DNA of 64,000 bases from Patescibacteria group bacterium (GCA_040390125.1 JAZJYZ010000001.1:570396-634395), one strand, 5' to 3'. Positions 37,343 through 46,689 are shown, counted from the first letter of the stretch. Numbers and translations: made by a program. Notes: generated by a model from the letters alone, not told the origin.

Positions 37343-38488
37343 ATGACAGCGATGAATCACAAAAGGCTCCGCACATGGATAGAAATAGACCGACAAGCCA
37401 TAAAACACAATTACAAACTCTTTCGCTCCCTCATACCCAAAAGCACAAAACTCCTCAGCGTCGTCAAATCAAATGCATACGGGCATTCGCACATCGACTT
37501 CTCAAAGGAAGTTGAAACACTGGGTATTGATTACATTGCCGTAGATTCTATCGTCGAAGGACTATCGCTCCGAAAGAGTGGCGTACGTCGCCCGATTCTT
37601 GTGTTAGGACATACGCTCCATGTACGCATCAAGGATGCAGGACCGGCGGACATACGAGTTGCTGTTTCGAGCATTACTCAACTACACCAACTTAAAAAAG
37701 AAATATACAAACGACCAGTTAAAATTCATATCAAAGTAGACACAGGTCTTCACCGACAAGGATTCACACTCTCTGACCTCGGTGCAGTGCGTGAATTTTT
37801 GAAATGGAATAAAAAAACAAAGCGAGTGATAGTAGAAGGACTCTTTACTCACTTTGCACAAGGGAAGGATCCTCTGCACCCTGGCTACACAAAAAAACAG
37901 TTGAAAGAATTTGATGTGTGGGTGCAAGAATTCCATGCTCTTGGAATACACCCTATACTTCACACCGCAGCTACAGGCCCAACACTTGTATTCCCCGAAT
38001 CGCATTTCGATATGGTTAGAATTGGCATTGGTCTCTACGGTATATGGCCAGATGAAAAAACAAAGAAACAGCTCGAAAAAAAATACACACTGAAACCCAT
38101 TCTTTCGTGGAGGGCAGTCGTCTCTGAAGTAAAAAAACTTCCGAAAGGAAGCTTCATTGGCTATGACTCAACGGAAACTTTAAAGCGAGCAAGTACCGTG
38201 GCCGTCTGCCCTATCGGCTACTGGCACGGATTTCCACGAGCACTCTCGTCACACGGACACGTTCTTATTAACGGGAAACGTGCGAAAGTTTTGGGACGAG
38301 TTTCTATGGATATGATTTCTGTTGATGTAACAGGAATTAAAAACGTAAAAGTCGGGAGCACCGCAACTATTATAGGGAAAGACGGAAAAGACGAACTAAA
38401 AGCAGAAGACATTGCTGACTCAATGAATGCATCCGCATACGAACTCCTAACCCGCATCAACCCACTCATCAAGCGTATCTATATCTAA
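37343..38488 (+). CDS. alr: Alanine racemase
   Basis: 381 aa; VVKSNAYGHSH PLP-lysine motif and a C-terminal beta domain. Confidence 0.9.
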   Translation: MTAMNHKRLRTWIEIDRQAIKHNYKLFRSLIPKSTKLLSVVKSNAYGHSHIDFSKEVETLGIDYIAVDSIVEGLSLRKSGVRRPILVLGHTLHVRIKDAGPADIRVAVSSITQLHQLKKEIYKRPVKIHIKVDTGLHRQGFTLSDLGAVREFLKWNKKTKRVIVEGLFTHFAQGKDPLHPGYTKKQLKEFDVWVQEFHALGIHPILHTAATGPTLVFPESHFDMVRIGIGLYGIWPDEKTKKQLEKKYTLKPILSWRAVVSEVKKLPKGSFIGYDSTETLKRASTVAVCPIGYWHGFPRALSSHGHVLINGKRAKVLGRVSMDMISVDVTGIKNVKVGSTATIIGKDGKDELKAEDIADSMNASAYELLTRINPLIKRIYI

Positions 38489-38518
38489 ACTACAAAGAGC
38501 TGTCAGCTTTCAGGTTCT

Positions 38519-38540
38519 GTGCTACACCCGGGTGTAGCAC
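38519..38540. repeat. Perfect 22-bp palindrome GTGCTACACCCGGGTGTAGCAC (copy 1), nested inside a heptamer element (arms 38498-38518 / 38569-38598)
   Basis: An identical 22-mer recurs at 42404-42425. Confidence 0.6.
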
Positions 38541-38767
38541 ATTTGGAGAAGTTTGCAGTTTGGTAACTAGAAGCTGAAAGCTGGCAGCTGAAAGCTTGAA
38601 TTCCTAGAGCTTGCCTAAAAACCCGCGGTACCCAAGCCGAAACCTTTCATTTTCGTCATGAGACATGAGTCGGAGCCCGCAATGTACGGAGAGTACATTG
38701 CGGGCGAGACGAAATGTCGAGTAGAAAATGAAAGATTTCTAGGCAGGGGGAGGTTTTTAGGCAAGCT

Positions 38768-39457
38768 CTATATACGGGTGCGAGGAAGAGTGACGGCGAG
38801 GTGCCCGAGAACGGCTTTCACTGACGAGCCTTGCTGGCGCATATATCCTTGTGCATCCAATAGGTCACGAAGTGCTTGCGGTGAAGCTCCTTTTGTATGC
38901 ACTTGTTCCAGTAGTTCTTTTACAAATGCCCTCACTGGCAAACGATCTTGGGTCTTTGTGATGTACCCAGTTATTTTCTCCACCATTTTTGAACGCTCTT
39001 CAAAAGTTGCGGAAAGAAACTCTCGTGCTTCTTTTTTTGCATCTTCGTCATCCGAAAGCATGTGTGCGTCAGAAACTGAAACGGCAACGGCCCTCGACTG
39101 AAGTGTTGGCAACGCATGCCCGAGTGCATCAACTGAAAAGAAGAAAATAGTATTGCCAGTCGCCTCTTCAACAACTTTGAGAAGTGCATTTTGAGCTTCG
39201 GTAGTGGCTCGACTAAAGGTGACCACTAAGTATTTCCAATCTTTAAGAGGTTTCAAAGAAGCGTAGGAAGAAATTTCACGTGCGTTATCAACGGAAAGCT
39301 CAGTGAAAGAAAGTACAAGGACGTCCACATTGCCTGCAGTCTTTACACCCCTTGTTTCAAGCATTGCTAAAACCTCAGATGCCCCTTTGCCAGAATTTCC
39401 TACAACAAGATACGCATGATGTAACTCCTTCGTGTGGGCAAGTTCAGAAACTTTCAT
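38768..39457 (-). CDS. holB: DNA polymerase III delta' subunit-like (short AAA+ clamp-loader subunit)
   Basis: 229 aa; HAYLVVGNSGKG degenerate P-loop, QNALLKVVEE and LPTLQSRA (SRC-like) motifs. Confidence 0.65.
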   Translation of the reverse strand: MKVSELAHTKELHHAYLVVGNSGKGASEVLAMLETRGVKTAGNVDVLVLSFTELSVDNAREISSYASLKPLKDWKYLVVTFSRATTEAQNALLKVVEEATGNTIFFFSVDALGHALPTLQSRAVAVSVSDAHMLSDDEDAKKEAREFLSATFEERSKMVEKITGYITKTQDRLPVRAFVKELLEQVHTKGASPQALRDLLDAQGYMRQQGSSVKAVLGHLAVTLPRTRI

Positions 39458-39781
39458 TCTTTAATTCTACTACCTTTTCAATTTTTTTATTTCCTGAAGA
39501 AAGCGATTTGATAAATCAAAAATTCATGTTGTAACCTTTAATGCAGTTTAGAGGTTCTATGTATGTAAAGGTCGAATTTTATAAACTGATCTTAATATCA
39601 AAAAATATGGGGGAAGGAAAAAAGTATTTTATGAAGGCCGGTTTAGACTTTGTACCAAACGAGCCTGGAAAATTATTGTGTTGGCATAGTTGGGTAAAAT
39701 TTAACTTCCGTGGGTTTGGAATATGCCAGAAACGTTGCACAAAATGCGGGAAGGTGACCGAACATGTCCCAGGGATGTAAG

Positions 39782-40798
39782 CTACCTCCGCTTCGTCGTC
39801 ATCGTTTTTTTGTAGGTCTCCAAGTGGTCGAGTGCAATGCCAGTTCCTTTTGCAACACAAAACGCTGCCTCTTCTGCAAGCACCGCACTCACACCAGTTC
39901 GACGAAATACCAACTCTGGTAAATGGCGAAGCTGTGATGTTCCGCCAGTCATAATAATTCCTTTATCAATGATGTCAGCGGCAAGCTCGGGTGGAGTTTC
40001 CTGAAGCACAGTTCGGACGGCCTTTATCATCTCCCGGAGTTCCCTTGAGATTGCACGCACAATTTCATTCGTAGAAACAGTAGCAGTTCTTGGCAAACCT
40101 GAAAGCAGATCACGCCCCCTAATTGCCATCGAAAGTTCTTCTTCAACGGGCACTGCGGAGCCGATGCCAATCTTAATATCTTCAGCAGTTTTATCACCAA
40201 TGGCAAGGTTGTAGGTTTTCTTTATGTAGTCGGCAATTGCCTGATCAATACGATTTCCTGCACACTTCACAGAAGTAGAAGCAACGATACCTCCTAAAGA
40301 AATCACCGCAACATCGATAGTGCCTCCCCCAACATCTGCAATCATGTGTCCCCGTGGTTCATGAATAGGAATGCCTGCACCAATGGCTGCGAGTATCGGC
40401 TCTTTAATCACGTATGCATTTCGAGCACCTGCTTTGAGTGCTGCTTCAACGACAGCACGACGCTCTGTTGAAGTAACACCGGCAGGAACAGAAACGATCA
40501 CGTCGGGTTTGAAAAGGTTCCATGCTCCTAAGGATTTTTTAATGTAGTAGCGGAGCATTGCTTCGGTAACACGGTAATCAGCAATAACACCGTCTTTCAT
40601 GGGCCTATATGCAATTATTGAATCAGGGGTTCTGCCAACCATCTCTTTTGCTTCAGAGCCTATCGCCAAAATTTTACGATCATGCACTGACACAGCAACA
40701 ACGGACGGCTCGTTCAAAACAACACCGTATCCAGGTACATACACTAGTGTAGTTGTGGTACCGAGATCAATTCCGAGTTTGGGAGAAAAGAATGACAT
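39782..40798 (-). CDS. MreB/Mbl-family actin-like protein (second paralog)
   Basis: LGIDLGTTTTLVY; the ORF opens at 40828 and the probable start is MSFFSPK at about 40798. Confidence 0.8.
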   Translation of the reverse strand: MSFFSPKLGIDLGTTTTLVYVPGYGVVLNEPSVVAVSVHDRKILAIGSEAKEMVGRTPDSIIAYRPMKDGVIADYRVTEAMLRYYIKKSLGAWNLFKPDVIVSVPAGVTSTERRAVVEAALKAGARNAYVIKEPILAAIGAGIPIHEPRGHMIADVGGGTIDVAVISLGGIVASTSVKCAGNRIDQAIADYIKKTYNLAIGDKTAEDIKIGIGSAVPVEEELSMAIRGRDLLSGLPRTATVSTNEIVRAISRELREMIKAVRTVLQETPPELAADIIDKGIIMTGGTSQLRHLPELVFRRTGVSAVLAEEAAFCVAKGTGIALDHLETYKKTMTTKRR

Positions 40799-40892
40799 GG
40801 CGAATAATTGTAGCAGATGGAGCTCCAAACCCGATTCTTGACAGTACCCTTTCAGTATTGTTAAGTATGAAGATTGAAATTAATTTTAAAGC

Positions 40893-41285
40893 TTGTGTAT
40901 GGCAAAATTTGAAAAGGATCCAATAGACAAATCTGTACAATGGGCAAAATCAGCACGCAATCTTCAGCGACTTATGGTTGGCGCTACGGCATTAGCTGTA
41001 CCCGGTGTCCTCATTGCCGACTACGTTTCTACGTATGTTACCGGACAGCCAACTGGATTGAAGGAAATGGCTATAGATTTTGCAACAGCTAATCCAGAAA
41101 AAAGCCTCGCTGTGGGTGCCGGTGCAGTAGCTACGTATGGAGCAGTGGGTTTCATTAAAAAGATCCTTATGGAACAAGCGTATAGTGAAATAGTGAACGG
41201 GTGTAGTAATGGCTGGCTTTCGATATTAAAAGAAGAGGGTATCCCCAGATATCCTAATACTTGGAACCCGTGGCAGAAACCGTAA
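40893..41285 (+). CDS. Hypothetical protein
   Basis: 130 aa, first of five same-strand small ORFs. No recognised domain. Confidence 0.35.
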   Translation: MCMAKFEKDPIDKSVQWAKSARNLQRLMVGATALAVPGVLIADYVSTYVTGQPTGLKEMAIDFATANPEKSLAVGAGAVATYGAVGFIKKILMEQAYSEIVNGCSNGWLSILKEEGIPRYPNTWNPWQKP

Positions 41286-41400
41286 AGTTCATGTAGCTAC
41301 ACTAAGGTCCAAGATTGATATAGATGCCAAAACTTGACAAATATATCTATTGGAGTACAATACACTTTGAGTTAATTTTGCTAAAATAAACAAAAATCAT

Positions 41401-41658
41401 ATGTCAGAAACTGGAATAGAGACTGTGCACGTACCGGAACCGAAGAATCATCTAGGAATGACTAGAAGGGATTGGGATGCAATAAATGATGAGCCGACGG
41501 ATGGCGGTGAGAAAAGAGCGTGGGGAGCTCCATGGTTTGATTACCAACCAGACAAAAAAGAAGTCAAAGAAACGTCTGCATCAAAAAAACCAGGATGGGG
41601 CATGCTATTGCTTGGAATGCTTATAGCAAACCGAATGAAAGGACATCAGAAACACTAA
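41401..41658 (+). CDS. Hypothetical tail-anchored small protein
   Basis: 85 aa, polar N-terminal part and a single C-terminal TM helix (GWGMLLLGMLIANRMKGHQKH). Confidence 0.4.
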   Translation: MSETGIETVHVPEPKNHLGMTRRDWDAINDEPTDGGEKRAWGAPWFDYQPDKKEVKETSASKKPGWGMLLLGMLIANRMKGHQKH

Positions 41659-41676
41659 AACTATGGGGTTATTTAA

Positions 41677-41868
41677 ATGCGAAAAAAAATACCTATGCTT
41701 CCAGAGCCACCAATACCGAAAGTGAATTTACGGGACGGACTTTGGAATAGGATTTTACCAGATATCTTCCATATTCCCCCTCAAAAGCCAGGCGGGGAAA
41801 GCGTAGAACCTATAGATACCCCGATGAATCCATTGGATCAAAAGGTGCCTTTTGAAATGCACCTCTAA
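41677..41868 (+). CDS. Hypothetical Pro-rich small protein
   Basis: 63-aa ORF. Confidence 0.25.
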   Translation: MRKKIPMLPEPPIPKVNLRDGLWNRILPDIFHIPPQKPGGESVEPIDTPMNPLDQKVPFEMHL

Positions 41869-41875
41869 ATAATCT

Positions 41876-42322
41876 ATGTCCGAACGAGGAGAAACATTCT
41901 TTGGAGAAAGAGATCCACATCCTCGTGAAGCTTCTGTTGAGCGCCAACTAGAAATTCCAGCAAAAACCCTTCCTCGCATGAATGGTGAGCCTGCAGGTAC
42001 CCACGTGTCACGCCTTCCCCATCAAGAACCATCCGTTATCTTTGTTAGCTCTCGAACTAACGGAGAAACAGTCAAGGTTAAAAGAGGCCTTCTCAGTAGT
42101 GCTGGACACGGAGTACTTCGCCTTGTTGCGGCTCCTGTTGGGGCAGCACTGTTCGCAACTGGAATTCTCACAGAAGTGACCCTCGTTGCCGGACTTCGAC
42201 TTGTCGGAGGAGTCCTTACAACTCCGCAGGAAATTCTCGCTGCAACAGCGGCGACAGCGATAGTGGGAGGAATAGCACTGCTCGACTTTGCAACCGGAAG
42301 AAAGAAAAAATTCGTTTTTTAA
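41876..42322 (+). CDS. Hypothetical tail-anchored protein (paralog a)
   Basis: 148 aa; RLVAAPVGAALFATGIL aligns with RVLALPVGVASSAQGFL of ORF 42493. Both have a C-terminal TM helix plus a basic tail. Confidence 0.45.
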   Translation: MSERGETFFGERDPHPREASVERQLEIPAKTLPRMNGEPAGTHVSRLPHQEPSVIFVSSRTNGETVKVKRGLLSSAGHGVLRLVAAPVGAALFATGILTEVTLVAGLRLVGGVLTTPQEILAATAATAIVGGIALLDFATGRKKKFVF

Positions 42323-42403
42323 AGATAGCAGGCATCAATGACCGCCAACCCCAACACCCGCAAGGGTGTTTTTGATTTGATATATCAAACCACTCTCATT
42401 ATT

Positions 42404-42425
42404 GTGCTACACCCGGGTGTAGCAC
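42404..42425. repeat. Perfect 22-bp palindrome GTGCTACACCCGGGTGTAGCAC (copy 2)
   Basis: Identical to 38519-38540, between the two tail-anchored paralogs. Confidence 0.6.
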
Positions 42426-42492
42426 AATTTACTTTTCCCGTTATAGAAATTGACAAAAGAATCGTACGGAGTACAACATCAAAAGAAAGATT

Positions 42493-42966
42493 ATGAAAAT
42501 TGGACACCAAGAAGCAGCCTTGAGAGAAACCCTCCCCAAAATCCCATTCGAAAGAAAACGCCGACCGCCACCACTAGAAGGCTTGAGGGTAATTGCGACT
42601 CCTGAGTACGTCCCGAACTTTGTCCATACTGTCTTTCCCGCACCAACCGCAAAAGCTCGCTTCATAAGTAATACGTTCAACCCGAAGGAAACTATTCAAC
42701 CTAAGAAAAAGAACCCAGTGATGCGGGTGCTCGCTTTGCCTGTGGGAGTGGCAAGTAGTGCACAAGGTTTTCTGAACGTAGAATCCAGCATCATAGGCAC
42801 GTCAGCCGGCATATCTCTCGGTGCTGAGAGAGGTGAGATGGTAGATGCACTTTTTGGAATCGCATCTCAAAGCCACATCGTGCAAACACTTCTTATTTCA
42901 GGCATAGCTCTGTTGGGTTTGGGTGGGTATCTTGTACGATTCAGTTTAGGAAAGAGAAAACGATAG
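42493..42966 (+). CDS. Hypothetical tail-anchored protein (paralog b)
   Basis: 157 aa, paralogous to ORF 41876..42322. Confidence 0.45.
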   Translation: MKIGHQEAALRETLPKIPFERKRRPPPLEGLRVIATPEYVPNFVHTVFPAPTAKARFISNTFNPKETIQPKKKNPVMRVLALPVGVASSAQGFLNVESSIIGTSAGISLGAERGEMVDALFGIASQSHIVQTLLISGIALLGLGGYLVRFSLGKRKR

Positions 42967-43009
42967 GCGTTAAGGCTTTCCAAAATCCAAAACAAATATC
43001 TTGGATTTT

Positions 43010-44284
43010 TTAATTTCTAGAAATTGAAAGCCCTACTGCCGCTAGTCTTTTTTCAATAGCCTCGTATCCCCTATCCATCAAGTGAGCGTTGCCCACGTGC
43101 GAGGTGCCGTCTGCAATAGCGGCGGCGAGAATGTACGCAAGACCAGCACGAATGTCAGGACCATCAATGTCACGTGCTTTGAGTAATGTTTTCCCTTTCA
43201 CGGTAGCTCGATGAGGATTTACTACGGCAATCTTTGCACCCATACTCACCAGCTCTGTTGTGTAGTTCAATCGTCCATTAAAAATAGTTTCAACTACCGT
43301 ACTCTCCCCCTCCGCTTGAGTGAGCGCCACCATCATGGGTGCTTGTGCGTCTGTGGGAAAACCAGGGTACTCATGCGTGCGTAACTTAATGGGGTTCAGA
43401 GTTTCAGGGGCAGAAACAGTTATTGAGTCTTTTTCAACACGCAAGGGAACACCCATCATGCGAAGCACCTCAAGAACTGCATCCAAATGTTCTGGAACAA
43501 TCCCCGTTACAGTAAGCCCATTTCCCGCAATGGCACCGAGAGCAAGAAATGTTGAGGCTTCAATACGGTCAGGGATGATGCGGAAAGCTGAAACAGGAGG
43601 AGTGAGAGTGGAAGGGTGAATGACGACTGTAGGAGTGCCGACGCCTTCAATCCTCGCTCCACAGGAAATCAAAAATTCAGCGAGTGCAACAATCTCTGGC
43701 TCCATTGCACAATTTTTCAACGTAACAGGAGCTTTTGCGAGAGTCGCCGCCATCATGAACGTTTCTGTTGCAGTTACTGAAACAATTCTGAAAAAGATTT
43801 CTCCCCCCGACAATCCACCAGGTGCGGAGAGAGTGTAAGAATCGGCAGTTTCAGAGTAGTTCGCACCCAGCTTTTGAAAACCTGAAATAAAAATATCAAT
43901 GGGTCTCTCGCCAATGACGTCTCCGCCAGGATGTGGAAATGTAACACTACCTAAACGTGCAAGAAGTGGCCCGATCAACACCACACTCGCACGCATTGAT
44001 TTTGCAAGTGTCTGGTCGAGAACACTTCCCGACAAACTTTTTGCGCTCACGGTAAGCTCGCTTCCCGTGTGAGTCACAAAGGCACCAAGCCCCTCTAAAA
44101 TTCGACTCATGGAAGTAACATCTGCGATGTTAGGTACATTAGTGAACTTCGACTCCCCTTCGATGAGAGCCGAAGCCGCCATTACCTTAAGTACGTTATT
44201 TTTTGCACCAAATACAGGAATTGAACCTTTAAGGCTCTTCTTCCCAGCCAGCCCTTCAATGGTAAATACGTTCTTCGAAGCCAT
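43010..44284 (-). CDS. murA: UDP-N-acetylglucosamine 1-carboxyvinyltransferase
   Basis: 424-aa EPSP-synthase-fold MurA with a typical N-terminus. Confidence 0.9.
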   Translation of the reverse strand: MASKNVFTIEGLAGKKSLKGSIPVFGAKNNVLKVMAASALIEGESKFTNVPNIADVTSMSRILEGLGAFVTHTGSELTVSAKSLSGSVLDQTLAKSMRASVVLIGPLLARLGSVTFPHPGGDVIGERPIDIFISGFQKLGANYSETADSYTLSAPGGLSGGEIFFRIVSVTATETFMMAATLAKAPVTLKNCAMEPEIVALAEFLISCGARIEGVGTPTVVIHPSTLTPPVSAFRIIPDRIEASTFLALGAIAGNGLTVTGIVPEHLDAVLEVLRMMGVPLRVEKDSITVSAPETLNPIKLRTHEYPGFPTDAQAPMMVALTQAEGESTVVETIFNGRLNYTTELVSMGAKIAVVNPHRATVKGKTLLKARDIDGPDIRAGLAYILAAAIADGTSHVGNAHLMDRGYEAIEKRLAAVGLSISRN

Positions 44285-44311
44285 TGAAGCCTATTGTACA
44301 CGAAGCGAGCT

Positions 44312-44383
44312 AGAAGGTTCTAGAGTTTAGATGCTAGCTTTTCCTACCAAAAGCTGGAAGCTGACAGCTGAAACCTGTAAGCT
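44312..44383. repeat. Heptamer-tiled palindromic element in the murA/priA divergent region
   Basis: ...TAGAGTTTAG ATGCTAGC TTTTCC - taccaa - AAGCTGG AAGCTGA CAGCTGA AACCTGT AAGCT. Confidence 0.45.
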
Positions 44384-44389
44384 AATATC

Positions 44390-46324
44390 ATGTTCATCGT
44401 CCGAGTCATACCTATCGCACGTGGGATTTTTACGAATCATTTGACATTCTTCTCTCGTGAAAACATACCGGAAGGAATGGTAGTCACCACCACTGTTCGT
44501 GGCCGTACAATTCCAGCACTCGTGATTGAATCTAAAGATGTCCGAGAAGAAAAACTTGATCTTCGAAGTGCTGGTTTCGCATTAAAGAAAATTTCCGCAA
44601 AAGCAAAACCAAAACGCATCCTCACCAGTGCGTTCATTAATGCCACAAAAGATGCGGCACTCTGGCACGGGGTGCATGAGAGCGTCATGTTTGCTGCACT
44701 CACATCGACTACACTTTTTAATGCTTCTGCAAAATTAGAATCCGCAGAAGATTTTCCTGAAAAAGAGACTGGGGCACACGAACCTGGTGTGCGGGCAGAC
44801 CTTCTGGTACTCCAAGCAGAAAAAGAAGAACGTGTGCGTACCTACCGGAATTTAGCGCGTGAATCATTTGCCAGGGGTGAATCGGTCATGATTATCGTAC
44901 CAACAGTAATCGAAGCCGAGCAGATGGAGCAAAATCTGAAACGTGGCATAGAAGAACACGTACTCCTCTTTACCAGCGAAATCACAAAGAAAAAATTGAT
45001 TGAAAACTGGAATAGCTCCGTAACGAACAAAAAACCAGTCTTGATTATTGGTACTGCATTTGCACTTTCCATACCTCGAGGAGACATAGGCACCATAGTT
45101 GTGGAGCGTGAAAGTGCTAGAGGATACCGAGGATTCTCTCGTCCACATGTGGATGTTCGTAGATGCGCCGAATCTCTCTGCAGAAGAATGGGTATACGGT
45201 TCATTCTTGCGGATTTTCCACTTCGCATCGAAACAAGGTACCGAGTAGACGCACATGAAATGGACGAACTTGCCCGCTCCCAAGCAAGGCCAAGCACCCG
45301 TGCAAACGTACAGATAGTGGACACCAGAAAAAAAGAAATAACGCTTGAGCAAACGTCAAAAACAAAACCGAAACGCACCTTCGCCACGCTCACCGACGAA
45401 ACGAAAGAAAAAATAGGTCACGAAATACAGAGAGGTGGGCGAGCAATTGTATTTGCAGCGAGGCGTGGTATTGCTCCACTGACCGTCTGCAACGACTGCG
45501 GAACTCCAGTCACTGACCCGGATACCGGCGTTCCTATGATTCTTCACAAAACTGAAAACGGAAATGTATTCATGTCACACCGCAGTGGAGCGACACTGCC
45601 GTCAGAGACCCCGTGCAAGACATGCGGAGGATGGAATTTGGTAACGTTGGGTGTAGGAGTCGAACGTGTGGAAAGTGAGCTTGCAAAAACATTTCCCAAC
45701 TCTCCCCTCATCACATTCACAAAAGACAGCGCACCAACGCATAAAACAGCAAAAAAACTTGCAGAAGAATTCTTCTCTACGGAAGGCTCCATACTCGTGG
45801 GAACAGAGCGGATGTTGCCATACCTCAAAGAGTCAGTAGCGATCGCCGTGGTAGCTTCGGTTGACAGCATGCTCTCCATTACTGCCTGGAGGGCACACGA
45901 GCACACACTCTCCATACTCTTTTACCTCCAAGAACATGCGGAACTAGAATTTATTGTTGAAACAAGAAAACCCGAAAGCGAGGTGATGAAGGCGTTCATG
46001 TCCGGGAACCCTGCTGATTTTTACCGTGCCGATATTTCGGAGCGAGAACAATACGGCTATCCACCATTTACCACATTCCTTGGCCTCCTCTGGAAAGGAA
46101 CAAAAGCACAGGTTGAGAAAAAAAGCCTCTACATCACAGAACTTTTTTCAGATACCGACTTAGTGGGCCCTCTCTCTCCTGTTGCTATAGGCAAGAGCGA
46201 ATGGCAAGCGAGGGCGGTGATTCGAGTAGAGAGGAAGAAGTGGCCAGACACTCTTCTTGCGGAACGTCTCCGTGCCCTACCGCCAGATATAGAAGTGACG
46301 GTAGATCCGGATGAGATAGTTTAG
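44390..46324 (+). CDS. priA: Primosomal protein N' (PriA) homolog with degenerate Walker A/B
   Basis: 644 aa with PriA-like layout and a Cys4 zinc region (CNDCG...CKTCGG). The Walker A position reads LVLQAEKEERVRTY instead of GxxGSGKT, and the DEEH box position reads VVERES. Confidence 0.7.
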   Translation: MFIVRVIPIARGIFTNHLTFFSRENIPEGMVVTTTVRGRTIPALVIESKDVREEKLDLRSAGFALKKISAKAKPKRILTSAFINATKDAALWHGVHESVMFAALTSTTLFNASAKLESAEDFPEKETGAHEPGVRADLLVLQAEKEERVRTYRNLARESFARGESVMIIVPTVIEAEQMEQNLKRGIEEHVLLFTSEITKKKLIENWNSSVTNKKPVLIIGTAFALSIPRGDIGTIVVERESARGYRGFSRPHVDVRRCAESLCRRMGIRFILADFPLRIETRYRVDAHEMDELARSQARPSTRANVQIVDTRKKEITLEQTSKTKPKRTFATLTDETKEKIGHEIQRGGRAIVFAARRGIAPLTVCNDCGTPVTDPDTGVPMILHKTENGNVFMSHRSGATLPSETPCKTCGGWNLVTLGVGVERVESELAKTFPNSPLITFTKDSAPTHKTAKKLAEEFFSTEGSILVGTERMLPYLKESVAIAVVASVDSMLSITAWRAHEHTLSILFYLQEHAELEFIVETRKPESEVMKAFMSGNPADFYRADISEREQYGYPPFTTFLGLLWKGTKAQVEKKSLYITELFSDTDLVGPLSPVAIGKSEWQARAVIRVERKKWPDTLLAERLRALPPDIEVTVDPDEIV

Positions 46325-46382
46325 AAAAATAAGAAGCGTAAGCGACTATATTTTTGTTAACCCCGTTAAATCCTTTCAAATC

Positions 46383-46658
46383 ATGAGTACGTTCTGCTAT
46401 GTATACGTCCTCCGATCAAAGAAAGATGGCAAATTCTATACGGGATATACCCAAGATTTGAAAGGACGATTTGAGGCGCACCAAAAAGGACGAGTAGGTT
46501 CAACACAAAATCGCAGACCGTTTACGCTTATTTACTCCGAGGCGTGCCTGGATCGTCGGGATGCAATGAAAAGGGAGCGCTATTTGAAAACTCACCACGG
46601 CAAGTTATTCTTACATAGTCGCCTCAAATCGTATTTAACAGGGTGTAAGATTCAGTAA
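46383..46658 (+). CDS. GIY-YIG nuclease family protein (URI domain, 91 aa)
   Basis: YVYVLRSKKDGKFYTGYTQDLKGRFEAH fits the GIY...YxG...R...E pattern. The gene lies between inverted-repeat ends AACCCCGTTAAAT (46359) and ATTTAACAGGGTG (46634). Confidence 0.8.
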   Translation: MSTFCYVYVLRSKKDGKFYTGYTQDLKGRFEAHQKGRVGSTQNRRPFTLIYSEACLDRRDAMKRERYLKTHHGKLFLHSRLKSYLTGCKIQ

Positions 46659-46689
46659 AACGTATGAGCGAATATGAATAAGCTGAACG

